From the NCBI GenBank assembly GCA_965116905.1, contig OZ220732.1, forward strand, positions 1,696,001 through 1,760,000: a stretch of 64,000 bases of DNA, read 5' to 3'. Numbering within the stretch: the stretch's first letter is position 1; each line of letters begins with the position of its first letter. This document shows positions 18,859 to 28,045 of this stretch, piece after piece. The notes below the pieces were generated by a model. That model searched no databases. It had not been told where the DNA came from and saw nothing but the letters and a program-made list of their open reading frames with translations. Position numbers and translations under genes: made by a program. This DNA is from Longimicrobiales bacterium (GTDB taxonomy: Bacteria; Gemmatimonadota; Gemmatimonadetes; Longimicrobiales; Gaopeijiaceae).

Positions 18859-19626
18859 GCCCGTCACGCGGCGGATCGTCCCGTCCGGATCGGCCTGGAT
18901 GTGGTTGAACCCCTCGCTGCCGCCGCCCGGCCCCGTCGCGCGCCATCCGACCAGCGCCTCGCCGCGGCAGATGCGCACGTCGCCCGTGTGCGCGAGGCTG
19001 TAGCCGGGCATGTACTGGTGACAGCTGGCGATGTGCATGGACAGCAGTTCGATTCCGGTGAGGCCCGTCCAGTCGTCCCGGAAGGTGATGTCGTCGGCGC
19101 AGCACCTGCGGAGCGCCGCCAGACGCGTGTCGGCGTCCTGGTCGTTCCACGCGGCGACCCAGAGGGGCAGCGTACGCTCCAGTCCCGTGCCCAGGTCGAT
19201 CCGGTTCGCCTTCAGGTTGAGCCGGCTCAGCTGGAAGTGCCAGCCGCCCTCCTGATCCTGCGCTGCCTCTGCGGAAGGCAGCCCGCCGTGACGCAGGTCG
19301 ACCCGACACCCCGGCCCCGCGGGACTCACCCGGAACTCCAGCAGTGAAGACCCGGCCGGGTATTGTTCGGCGTGGGCCCCGGTCTCCGTTCCCCAGGTCA
19401 GTTGCAGGTGGCGCGCGTCGGCGTCCAGCGCGACGATCTCGCCGGCGATCACGATGTTGAAGTTCGGGAACGCGGCCCGAAACGCGCTTCCGGGGCGCGG
19501 CTCGAAGGTGACCTCGCCCTGCATCCATGCCGAAAAGAGCTCCGGCTCGGTGAGGATCGCCCACACCGTGTCGGGGCTCGCGTCGATCTCTACCGACAGC
19601 TCGATCACGTTTGCATCGTCTTCCAC
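18844..19626 (-). CDS. SRPBCC/AHSA1 domain fused to a SnoaL-like domain
   Basis: IDASPDTVW.ILTEPE..SAW, LTWG, L.HGGLP, GGW..QL; then AAWN..DA..R...L..CCADD..F.D and G.I.RV.GF. Confidence 0.8.
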   Translation of the reverse strand: MEDDANVIELSVEIDASPDTVWAILTEPELFSAWMQGEVTFEPRPGSAFRAAFPNFNIVIAGEIVALDADARHLQLTWGTETGAHAEQYPAGSSLLEFRVSPAGPGCRVDLRHGGLPSAEAAQDQEGGWHFQLSRLNLKANRIDLGTGLERTLPLWVAAWNDQDADTRLAALRRCCADDITFRDDWTGLTGIELLSMHIASCHQYMPGYSLAHTGDVRICRGEALVGWRATGPGGGSEGFNHIQADPDGTIRRVTGFAKG

Positions 19627-20045
19627 GTCTGTCTCCTGTCCCTGGGTTGTTGTGGGGGATTGGGGGCGCGGCGCGGGCCGCGCTGGGCCGCCCGGTGCGG
19701 GTTCGCACGCTCGGCTCCTGGGCTTGCGGGTTCCGCCACCACCGCCTCCGTGCCCTCCGCCATGTGCTTGAGCGCCCGCAGGCGGTCCGCCCAGAACGCC
19801 TCCAGCACGTCGCCGACGATCCCCATTTCGTGTCTGGCAGCCTGGTAGAACCGCCAGCGTCCTTCGGAGCGCACCGTCACGAGGCCCGAGTCGTGGAGCT
19901 TCGAGAGGTGCTGCGACACGGCCCCCACGCTCACGGGAAGCCTGGCGGCGATGTCACCCACGTTCCGCTCGCGGTCCCAGATCATCTGCAGGATCTCGAG
20001 GCGGCGGGGCTCGGTCGCTATGCGAATCATGAGGGCGCTGTTCAT
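19605..20045 (-). CDS. ArsR/SmtB-family transcriptional regulator
   Basis: EPRRLEIL, VGDIA, VSQHLSKL.DSGLV..R.EGR.RFY. Confidence 0.88.
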   Translation of the reverse strand: MNSALMIRIATEPRRLEILQMIWDRERNVGDIAARLPVSVGAVSQHLSKLHDSGLVTVRSEGRWRFYQAARHEMGIVGDVLEAFWADRLRALKHMAEGTEAVVAEPASPGAERANPHRAAQRGPRRAPNPPQQPRDRRQTWKTMQT

Positions 20046-20048
20046 TGT

Positions 20049-20070
20049 TATTTTAGTATATGCTAAAATA
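20049..20070. promoter_or_regulatory. Palindromic operator, probably the ArsR autoregulatory site
   Basis: TATTTTAG-tatatg-CTAAAATA inverted repeat in an AT-rich island, 3 nt before the arsR ATG. Confidence 0.75.
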
Positions 20071-20216
20071 TAGATGCGAGAAAGTGATGCCAGAAAGGCG
20101 GCGGGGGACCCTGGGGGTGCGGACCGGTCACAGCCCGTTGAATCCGGTTGACCTCTTTCGGCGTCCGGCTTACCGTCTCACGGTCTCGCGCGAACGACAA
20201 CGGGGAGGGAGGTACG

Positions 20217-20681
20217 ATGAGCGAGCACCTGCGCAACATCGGAGGGGCGGTTCTGGGGTGGATCGTCATGTTCGCCTGCGTTTTCGTGCTGATGTCGGGT
20301 TTCTGGATGATGCTGGGCGCGGATGGCGCATTCCAGGCAGGGAGCTGGGAGGTGACGGGCACGTGGAACTTCGGGTCGATTGTCATCGGTCTGATCGCCG
20401 CGGTCGTGGGCGGCCTTGTGTGCGCGAAGGTCTCTGCCGACAGCCGCGGCGTATGGATGCTCGTGGCCCTGGTCGTGGTGCTGGGAGTGGCGAGCGCCGT
20501 GCCCGATGCACCGATGGGCGACGCCGGGATGGCTGAAGCGGCGACGGGTGTCCGTCCGCCGGATGTCTCCATGACCGAGGCCATGATGACCGCGCAGCAG
20601 CCCAGGTGGATCGCCTGGCTGAATCCGGTGCTGGGAGCGGTCGGGGCCCTCTTCGGCGCCAGGCTGGTCAAGAGCGATTAG
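20217..20681 (+). CDS. Hypothetical membrane protein (about 4 TM helices)
   Basis: ATG after GGAGGGAGG; four hydrophobic segments. Confidence 0.75.
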   Translation: MSEHLRNIGGAVLGWIVMFACVFVLMSGFWMMLGADGAFQAGSWEVTGTWNFGSIVIGLIAAVVGGLVCAKVSADSRGVWMLVALVVVLGVASAVPDAPMGDAGMAEAATGVRPPDVSMTEAMMTAQQPRWIAWLNPVLGAVGALFGARLVKSD

Positions 20682-22071
20682 TCGCAGTCCACCGCGCTCC
20701 TTCGACCGCTCCATCGTCGAGGGGCCCATCGGCCGCGCCGTCTGGACGCTGGCGTGGCCCACGATGCTGCAGAACGTCATCGGGGGACTCCAGGGTCTGG
20801 TCGACCATGCGATGGTGGGGAACTTCGTCGGGTACGCGGGGAACGCGGCGATCGGGGTCTCGTGGCAGATCTTCCTGGTCGTGCACGTGTTCATCGGGTC
20901 GCTGTTCACCGGCATGGGCGTTCTGGTGGCGCGCTTCGCCGGCAGGAACGAGCCCGAAATAGTTAACAAGGTTGTTTATCAATCGTTCCTGACGGCCGCG
21001 ATTCTGTCCATCGGCATCCTGGCGCCGGTCGGGTACTTCCTCGCGCCCGCCCTCCTCGATCTGGTCCACGCCGCTCCGTCGGTGCAGGCCGAAGCACTGC
21101 CCTACATCCGCACGCTCTTCATCTTCAGCTTCGGGATGATGGTGTTCTTCATGCTGGGCGGGGCCCTGCGCTCGGCCGGCGACGCGCGGACGCCGCTGCG
21201 TCTCGGCATATGGATGACGGTGCTCAACCTGGTGCTGAACGTGATCCTCATCCGCGGCCTGGGCCCGATTCCGGCGTTCGGCACCCTCGGGGCGGCCATG
21301 GGGACGGTGATCGCCGCGGGGATCATGGCGTTGGCCGCCGCCTGGTCGCTCTTCCGCGGCCGCTGGGTCATCCGCATGCACCGCGGCATGGGCTGGCGAC
21401 CGGATCCGGCGATCATCCGCCAGCTCTTCCGGTTCGGACTGCCGACGGGGATCCAGGGCGTGGCCATGAACATCGGGGGCGTCGTGCTGCTGCGCTTCAT
21501 CGGCTCGCTGGCGAGCAGTGCCGAGGCCCAGGCCGCGTACTCGGTCGCGTACGGCCAGCTGTTCTCGCTCGTGACCTGGACATCAGTCGGGCTGATGGGG
21601 GCGACCGCCGCCGTCGCGGGCCAGAACCTGGGCGCGGGCAAGCCCGAGCGGTCCGCTCAGGGGGTGAAGGTCGCCTCGCGGATCGGGATCGGCGTCGCCG
21701 TGGGGACCGGGCTTCTCTTCCTGCTCGCTCCCCATCTCCTGCTCGACGCATTCGGGATGGACGACCCGGCGGTGGCGGCGCTGGGTGCGCAGCTGCTGGC
21801 GTTCCTCAGCATATCCGGAGTCTTCGTGGCCGTGGCGTTGGCGTACAACGGCGCCCTGCAGGGTACGGGGGACACCCGGGGCGCGCTCTACATATCGCTC
21901 GTCTCCCAGCTTGCGCTGCCGCTGGCGCTCTGCGGCGCGATCCAGGCCGCGGTCGGCCTCGAGCCCCACCACATCTGGTTCGCGATCCTCGCCGGGCACG
22001 TGACCCGCTGCGGCCTCGGGGTGCTCCGCTTTCGCCAGGGCCGCTGGCGGCGGATCGAGGTGGGGATCTAG
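20677..22071 (+). CDS. MATE-family efflux transporter; start probably ATT at 20677 (first ATG at 20764)
   Basis: DRSIVEGP....W.LAWP upstream of the first ATG; GDARTPL, GAAMGT, GQNLGAG..ER, LQGTGDT, RF.QG.W. Confidence 0.88.
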   Translation: MSRSPPRSFDRSIVEGPIGRAVWTLAWPTMLQNVIGGLQGLVDHAMVGNFVGYAGNAAIGVSWQIFLVVHVFIGSLFTGMGVLVARFAGRNEPEIVNKVVYQSFLTAAILSIGILAPVGYFLAPALLDLVHAAPSVQAEALPYIRTLFIFSFGMMVFFMLGGALRSAGDARTPLRLGIWMTVLNLVLNVILIRGLGPIPAFGTLGAAMGTVIAAGIMALAAAWSLFRGRWVIRMHRGMGWRPDPAIIRQLFRFGLPTGIQGVAMNIGGVVLLRFIGSLASSAEAQAAYSVAYGQLFSLVTWTSVGLMGATAAVAGQNLGAGKPERSAQGVKVASRIGIGVAVGTGLLFLLAPHLLLDAFGMDDPAVAALGAQLLAFLSISGVFVAVALAYNGALQGTGDTRGALYISLVSQLALPLALCGAIQAAVGLEPHHIWFAILAGHVTRCGLGVLRFRQGRWRRIEVGI

Positions 22072-22092
22072 GCCACTTGCGGGCTACGCAGC

Positions 22093-24126
22093 TTACGAAG
22101 TCCGGGACGCTCCAAGCACCCACCTGCGCAGCCACTCCACATTCCGCGTCATCAGGTCCCGCTGAAGCCGCGGCGACCGCACGCCATGCGGCTGGCCGGG
22201 GTAGATTACCAGCTCCGTCGGCACCTTGCCGATTCCACGAATGGCCTCGAAGAACTGGATGCTCTGTTCCGCCGGGACGCGCTCGTCGTTCTGCCCGACC
22301 TGGATGAGCAGGGGAGTGGTCACGCGGTCGACGTAGCGGTACGCCGAACGTTCCTCGTACAGCTCCCAGTCCTCCCAGGGCTTTGGCCCGAGATAGGTGT
22401 GGTAGAACTCGGGCAGGTCGGTTTGGGAGTACATCGAGATCAGGTCGTTGGCGCCCGCGCCGGCACTGGCCGCCTTGAAGCGGTCCGTGCGCGTGATTCC
22501 CCAGTAGGTGTGGTGGCCGCCGAAGCTCCACCCGCTCACCGCGAGCCGGGCGGGGTCGGCGATGCCGTGCTCAATCATGGCGTCCACGCCAGAGTCCACA
22601 TCGACCCAGTCACTCCCCGAAATGTCGCCGCGGTTCAGGCCACGGAACCGCTCCCCGTAACCGGTTGATCCCCGGTAGTTGGGCTGCAGAACCGCGAAGC
22701 CCATGCCGGCGTACACCTGCACCGGGTAGGCGCCGCGGGTGCCGTGGAAGCGGTCGGACGAGACGCCCGCGGGGCCGCCGTGGATCACCAGGACGAGCGG
22801 GACACGGTCGCCCTCCTCGTAGCCGACGGGGAGCGTCAGGACGCCTTCGATCTCCTCGCCGCCGGCACGGGAACGCCACCGCTCGACCCGCTGCGCGCCC
22901 AGCGCCAGTTCGGCGGTCTGCGGGTTGAGGTCGGTCAGCCGAGTGGGCGTGAACGAGCCCGTGCCCGAGACGAAGACATCGGGCGGACGCGTGCCGCCCT
23001 CGGCCGTGAAGGCGATCAGCGTGCCGTCGGCGGAGGCCGAGAATCCCCCGTAGAAGCGCGCGCCGTCGGTCACGGTGGCCGGCGGCCCGGCGACGCGTCC
23101 CCCCAACGCGGGAATGTGGTATAGCGCGCTCCCCGTGCGGCGGCTCGCGTTCACCAGCAGACCGGACTCGTCGAGGTGCACGAAAGCGGCGTTCTCGTCG
23201 AGATCGCCGGTCAGCGGCACCGGCTCACCCGCACCGGCGCCGCCGTCGTCCGGCGTCACGCTCCACAACTGCCGGTTGAAGGTACCGATCAGGTGCCCCG
23301 ACGCCGCCACGACCACGCCGATCCCGTCGTCCCACGCCACCGCACCGTCGGGTCCGTCCATCGTAGTGATCTGCTCCGCCTCGGCGTCCGGTCCGCGCTG
23401 TACGTAGGTCGCGCCTTGGTACCGCGTCCTCAGCACCGGTGACGGCCGCGCCCCGTACGCCACCGCGCGCGAATCGGGCGACCATACGATGTTTTCCACC
23501 TGCAACCCGTCGGGCGACCAGCGTACCGCCTCTCCGGCGGATCCGTCGTCGGCCAGCTCCGCCACGTAGACGTGCGTCCACTCGTCCGCGTAGGCCGAAT
23601 CCTGCACCATCGGGCGCCCGCGCAATCGCTCCAGCTCCTCGTCGGCCTCGGACTTCGGGGGGCTGGCCAGGAACGCGACCCGCGCGCCGTCGGGAGAAAA
23701 AACGAAGGCGCCGACGTCTGTGACATGCGAGGTCACTCGCCAGGCCTCTCCACCGTTCGGGCGGATCCCGTAGACCTGCCGATGCTCTCCCCGATCCGAC
23801 GCGAACCCCAGCCATTCGCCCCCCGGGTGCCAGGCGGGTGACTCGTCCGCCCCCTCGCCGGTCGTAAGCCGGCGCGCATCGCCGGGATCCCCGTCGGTCG
23901 GCGCGACCCATACGTCGGTTACCATGCGGTCCGCCTCCATGTCACGCTCCGAAACGACGAACGCGACCCACGATCCATCGGGGCTCATCGCAACTGACGA
24001 CGGCGTCCGCATCTCGAGGACATCGTCGACGGTCATGGGTCGGGGCGACTGCTGCGCCGCGATCCCGGCCGCGTGGCCGAGCACGGCCGCAGTGCCGAAA
24101 AGGGTGAGGGCGGTGCTGCGGTTCAT
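22093..24126 (-). CDS. Secreted S9-family peptidase
   Basis: Signal peptide; SPDG repeats; IHGGP, PNYRGSTGYG, GWSFGG, NDERVP, YPGQPHG. Confidence 0.93.
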   Translation of the reverse strand: MNRSTALTLFGTAAVLGHAAGIAAQQSPRPMTVDDVLEMRTPSSVAMSPDGSWVAFVVSERDMEADRMVTDVWVAPTDGDPGDARRLTTGEGADESPAWHPGGEWLGFASDRGEHRQVYGIRPNGGEAWRVTSHVTDVGAFVFSPDGARVAFLASPPKSEADEELERLRGRPMVQDSAYADEWTHVYVAELADDGSAGEAVRWSPDGLQVENIVWSPDSRAVAYGARPSPVLRTRYQGATYVQRGPDAEAEQITTMDGPDGAVAWDDGIGVVVAASGHLIGTFNRQLWSVTPDDGGAGAGEPVPLTGDLDENAAFVHLDESGLLVNASRRTGSALYHIPALGGRVAGPPATVTDGARFYGGFSASADGTLIAFTAEGGTRPPDVFVSGTGSFTPTRLTDLNPQTAELALGAQRVERWRSRAGGEEIEGVLTLPVGYEEGDRVPLVLVIHGGPAGVSSDRFHGTRGAYPVQVYAGMGFAVLQPNYRGSTGYGERFRGLNRGDISGSDWVDVDSGVDAMIEHGIADPARLAVSGWSFGGHHTYWGITRTDRFKAASAGAGANDLISMYSQTDLPEFYHTYLGPKPWEDWELYEERSAYRYVDRVTTPLLIQVGQNDERVPAEQSIQFFEAIRGIGKVPTELVIYPGQPHGVRSPRLQRDLMTRNVEWLRRWVLGASRTS

Positions 24127-24297
24127 GATTCCCTCCGATGCCTGGGCGTCCTGACGGCGTGGCGTGTCACATGAGATTTAGCCGCCCCGCACCCGCGCGC
24201 GCCAGTATGGCGTGGCCCGCCCCCAGGCCCCAGCTTGTGGCATGGCACCACACACGGAAACGGCCGTCCATTCCCCCAAACGGAGAGCGTCGCCACG

Positions 24298-26475
24298 ATG
24301 TCCAGAAACCGCCCCACGACACGCGCCCTGCACCTGACCGCGATCCTCGCCACGGCTGCGCTCCTCCTTCCCACAGAACTCGCAGCCCAGTCTCGCCGGC
24401 CCCTCGAGATCGAGGATTACTACCGCCTGAAGGGCGTCGGCAGTCCGGCGCTGTCTCCCGACGGATCCCGCGTGGCGTTTGTCGTGACGTCGGTTTTGGA
24501 GGATGAGAACCGCCGCCACAGTGAGGTCTGGTTGGCCGATGCGGACGGGTCGGGAGAGCCGATACGTCTGACCAGCCCGAGCTTCAGCGCTTCGAGCCCG
24601 GCCTGGACCCCGGACGGCCGCCACCTCTATTTCTCGTCGAGACGCCCCGCCCCCGGCGGCGAGTCCGGCGGCGGGCCCTGGTTCCTGCGGATGGATGGCG
24701 CCGTGGGCGAGGCGTTCCAGATCGAGGGACTGGACGGCTCCCCGACGTTCAGCCCGGACGGCCGGTGGATCGTCTTCACCAGGGCCGTGCTTCCCGTGGG
24801 CAGCAGGCCCGAGCCCACCTATGGTTCGGATTTCGAGCGCCGCACGGTCGACCGCTTCGATGGCCGCGTCTACGACTGGATGAACTACCGTTTCGACCGG
24901 CGCGGCTATCTGCCCGATCCCCGAGACCCCTGGGCCACGCCCCCGCGCGAGATCTTTCTGCTGTCGGCGGACGGCGGCGAAGCGCGGCAGCTGACCGAAC
25001 TGGGCGTGAACGCCTCCGGACTGGCGTGGAGTCCCGACGGCACCCGCATCGCCTTCACGGCCGATACTCACCAGCGCGACGAGCACAGCTACGAGCGCGC
25101 CGACCTGTGGGTGATCACCGTCGACGGCACGGTGACCCGGCTGACCGACGACGAGTACAACTACGGGGGGCCCGCGTGGTCTGCCGACGGCAGCGAGATC
25201 GTCGTACGGGGCAACGAGGGCCTGGACGTGATCATCCGCGAGGCACGCGACCGTGGAGCACCGTCGGACCTGTTCGTGTTCGACGCCGGCAGCGGCGAGC
25301 GCGTGCGCAACCTCACCGAGGACTGGGACCTCATTCCCGGCGGTGCGACGGTGTCGGCCGATGGGGGCCATATGTACTTCTCTGCGAGCGTGACGGGGAA
25401 CTCGCACCTGTTCCGGGTTCCGGCCGGTGGCGGCACCGTCGAGCAGGTCACCGACGGCGACCGGCGCCTTGGCGGGCTCTCCTTCTCGTCCGACTTCTCC
25501 CGGATGGCTTTCACGGTCACCGATCCGACGAGCCCGGCGGACGTCTGGGTTGCGGGGGTGCCCGGGTCGGCTCGGGCTGGCGGGTCGGCTGGGGAGGCCG
25601 GCGCGGCTCGGGCCGACGCGGGCGAGCGTCGCGTCAGTGCGGTCAACGACGCGCTGCTGGCCGAACTCGACCTCTCGAGTCCCGATCGCCTGCTATTCCG
25701 GAGCGAAGACGGCACCGAAGTCGAGGGCTGGATGCTCCCGGCACGGGGCTACGGCGGCGCGGCCCCGGCCGGCGGTTTCCCCATGATCCTCCTGATGCAC
25801 GGGGGACCGCACGGCGCCTACGGCAACGACTTCTCGTTCGACCGTCAGCTTCTGGCCGCGAAGGGCTACATGGTGCTCTACACCAACCCGCGCGCCTCGA
25901 CCGGGTACGGCGAGGACTTCCGCTGGGGGACGTGGGGGGGCTGGGGGTTCAACGACTACGACGACGTCATGGCCGGTGTGGACCACGCCATAGCCCATTA
26001 CGACATCGACACCGCGCGCATGGGCGTGACGGGGTACTCCTACGGTGGCTACCTGACCAACTGGGTCATCACCCAGACCGACCGTTTCGCGGCGGCCATT
26101 GCGGGCGCCTCGATCTCCAACTGGGTGAGCGACTATGCGGTCGCCGACATCCCGCGCACCAAGGAGAGCGAGTTCTACGGTCCGCCCTGGGAAGAGAGGG
26201 GACTCGAGCACCTCCTGCGCTCGTCGCCGCTGATACACGCGAAGGGCGTCTCGACACCGACGATGTTCGTGCACGGCGAATACGACCACCGCGTGCCCAT
26301 CGAGGAGGCGGAACAGATGTACGTGGCGCTGCGCAAGCAGAAGGTTCCGGCGAAGTTCGTGCGGTACCCGGAATCGTATCACGGGGGCTGGACTCCGTGG
26401 CGCACCGTGCACCGGACCTGGGTGCAGCTGGAGTGGTGGGAACAGTGGCTGGGGCGGCGCCCCGCGTCGGACTGA
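24298..26475 (+). CDS. Secreted S9-family peptidase
   Basis: Signal peptide; PD40 repeats; MHGGPH, NPRASTGYG, GYSYGG, DHRVP, YPESYHG. Confidence 0.93.
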   Translation: MSRNRPTTRALHLTAILATAALLLPTELAAQSRRPLEIEDYYRLKGVGSPALSPDGSRVAFVVTSVLEDENRRHSEVWLADADGSGEPIRLTSPSFSASSPAWTPDGRHLYFSSRRPAPGGESGGGPWFLRMDGAVGEAFQIEGLDGSPTFSPDGRWIVFTRAVLPVGSRPEPTYGSDFERRTVDRFDGRVYDWMNYRFDRRGYLPDPRDPWATPPREIFLLSADGGEARQLTELGVNASGLAWSPDGTRIAFTADTHQRDEHSYERADLWVITVDGTVTRLTDDEYNYGGPAWSADGSEIVVRGNEGLDVIIREARDRGAPSDLFVFDAGSGERVRNLTEDWDLIPGGATVSADGGHMYFSASVTGNSHLFRVPAGGGTVEQVTDGDRRLGGLSFSSDFSRMAFTVTDPTSPADVWVAGVPGSARAGGSAGEAGAARADAGERRVSAVNDALLAELDLSSPDRLLFRSEDGTEVEGWMLPARGYGGAAPAGGFPMILLMHGGPHGAYGNDFSFDRQLLAAKGYMVLYTNPRASTGYGEDFRWGTWGGWGFNDYDDVMAGVDHAIAHYDIDTARMGVTGYSYGGYLTNWVITQTDRFAAAIAGASISNWVSDYAVADIPRTKESEFYGPPWEERGLEHLLRSSPLIHAKGVSTPTMFVHGEYDHRVPIEEAEQMYVALRKQKVPAKFVRYPESYHGGWTPWRTVHRTWVQLEWWEQWLGRRPASD

Positions 26476-26517
26476 CGGGCGGATCGGGCGGCCGGGGTAG
26501 CGGGGTGGCTGTGCCGC

Positions 26518-27558
26518 CTACCCGTGTGGCCCCGCGATCACGACGCCGTCCGCTACGTGCATGACCCGCGCATCCCCGCTCTCGTCGAAGGAAAACGGCC
26601 AGGGCCCGACGCTGCCGCCCGGCAGCCGCACGCGGCGAATCCCGTCGAGGGAGAGGGGGACCCCCGGCGCGAGCATCGCGGGGCCGGCGACCTCGTACAG
26701 CCAGGCGGCCCCCGTCCCGCGCGAGGTCACTTCGTAGCCGCCGGCTTCAATCAGCAGCGCGACCCCTTCGTCCAGCCCCAGACCCACCAGGGGGCCCTCG
26801 CCGCGCTCCGCCAGCAAACGAGCGAGAAACACGAGGAGGCGACCCTCGCGCCCGCGCTCCGTGAAGTGGCTGTCCACCAGCACGCCGTCCAGCTCCGGCT
26901 GAGCGAACACCGGGCGGGAGAGACTGACCTCGCGCCGCATCGGGTTGTCCAGTGCCTCGCGCGAAGTCACCGTACCGAATTGTGCGTCGAAAGCGCCTTC
27001 TCCCAGTGAAACGGCCCCCGCGCTGGTTCCGCCCATCGTGGCGTCCCGCTCGGCGACCGCCGCCAGCGCCTCGTGCAGCGCGGCGGGCCAGCGGCCCAGG
27101 TAGTCCCACTGATTGCCCCCGGCGAGCCAAACGGCTTCGGAGCGGGCGACCCGGCACAGCACGGCGGGGTCCGCACCCGCCTCGGGGTTGCTGGTGCGGA
27201 TCGTGACGACCGTGGACGGCGTTACGCTGGCCAGGAAGCCGATGAAGTACTGCGGGTAGCTGGTCAGGGAGCCGTTCGTGCGAAGGACGACGATATCTCC
27301 GGCCACCGCCGCCTCGACGAACTGCCGCGCGGCCAGGTCCTCCTCCCGGCCGCCGCCCATAAGCACCAGTCGCCGGTGCGGCCTGCGATTCGTGTCGGCG
27401 CCGGTACCCTCGAACCCGCCGATTTCGACGCCGGCGCCCGGGTCCGGACAGCGGTCGACGGGCCTTGCCTCCGGGATGAGTTCGGTCGGCGGCGCGCCGC
27501 ACGCGGTCAGACAGAGCAGGGCGGCACCGATGCGTGCCACGGCGGCGTTCCGTGCCAC
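26518..27558 (-). CDS. Cyanophycinase-like peptidase S51 family lipoprotein
   Basis: GTG start and lipobox LTAC; LVLMGGG, WLAGGNQ, GGTSAGA, DSHF.ER.REGRL, GLGLDE. Confidence 0.85.
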   Translation of the reverse strand: MARNAAVARIGAALLCLTACGAPPTELIPEARPVDRCPDPGAGVEIGGFEGTGADTNRRPHRRLVLMGGGREEDLAARQFVEAAVAGDIVVLRTNGSLTSYPQYFIGFLASVTPSTVVTIRTSNPEAGADPAVLCRVARSEAVWLAGGNQWDYLGRWPAALHEALAAVAERDATMGGTSAGAVSLGEGAFDAQFGTVTSREALDNPMRREVSLSRPVFAQPELDGVLVDSHFTERGREGRLLVFLARLLAERGEGPLVGLGLDEGVALLIEAGGYEVTSRGTGAAWLYEVAGPAMLAPGVPLSLDGIRRVRLPGGSVGPWPFSFDESGDARVMHVADGVVIAGPHG

Positions 27559-27566
27559 GGTGGCGC

Positions 27567-27953
27567 CTATATCAGGGCGCCATCCCTTCGCAGCTTCTTC
27601 ACCACCGCCCAGCCGAGGCCCTGGGTGACGCTTACCGCCACCGCCGCCCGGACCAGGTTCCCATATACCGGAACCCAGCGCAGAACCAGGTTCGCCCCTC
27701 CCCGGCCGACCATCGTGCCGAGGGTGGCGTACAGCGTGGACCGGACCGCCGCATCGGACCAGTGCACCTCGAACTCGTCCGCCAGGGCCGTGATCATGGC
27801 GATCTGAACGGGCGCGATCGCCACTGAGTCGGACCCCGGAATGACGGTCGCCGCGGCCGCCGTCGCCGCCGCCGCCGATGCACTGTGGATGATCGCCGCG
27901 CAACGCTTGTCCTGGTCGGGGACGTACTTTCTGAACTCTTCCTTGAGACGCAT
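27567..27953 (-). CDS. DUF697 (YcjF-like) small membrane-associated protein
   Basis: IIHSASAAAA....IPGSD...I..VQ.AMI..LA..F, WVP..GN...AAVA...T..LGW. Confidence 0.7.
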   Translation of the reverse strand: MRLKEEFRKYVPDQDKRCAAIIHSASAAAATAAAATVIPGSDSVAIAPVQIAMITALADEFEVHWSDAAVRSTLYATLGTMVGRGGANLVLRWVPVYGNLVRAAVAVSVTQGLGWAVVKKLRRDGALI

Positions 27954-28045
27954 ATGCAGAGCCCTTCATCGGGTGTCTTGACTACCGAAGAATACGTTGC
28001 CACGGCAAAAGGTGTTCCGACGAATGCCGGGGGCGGGCCGATTCA

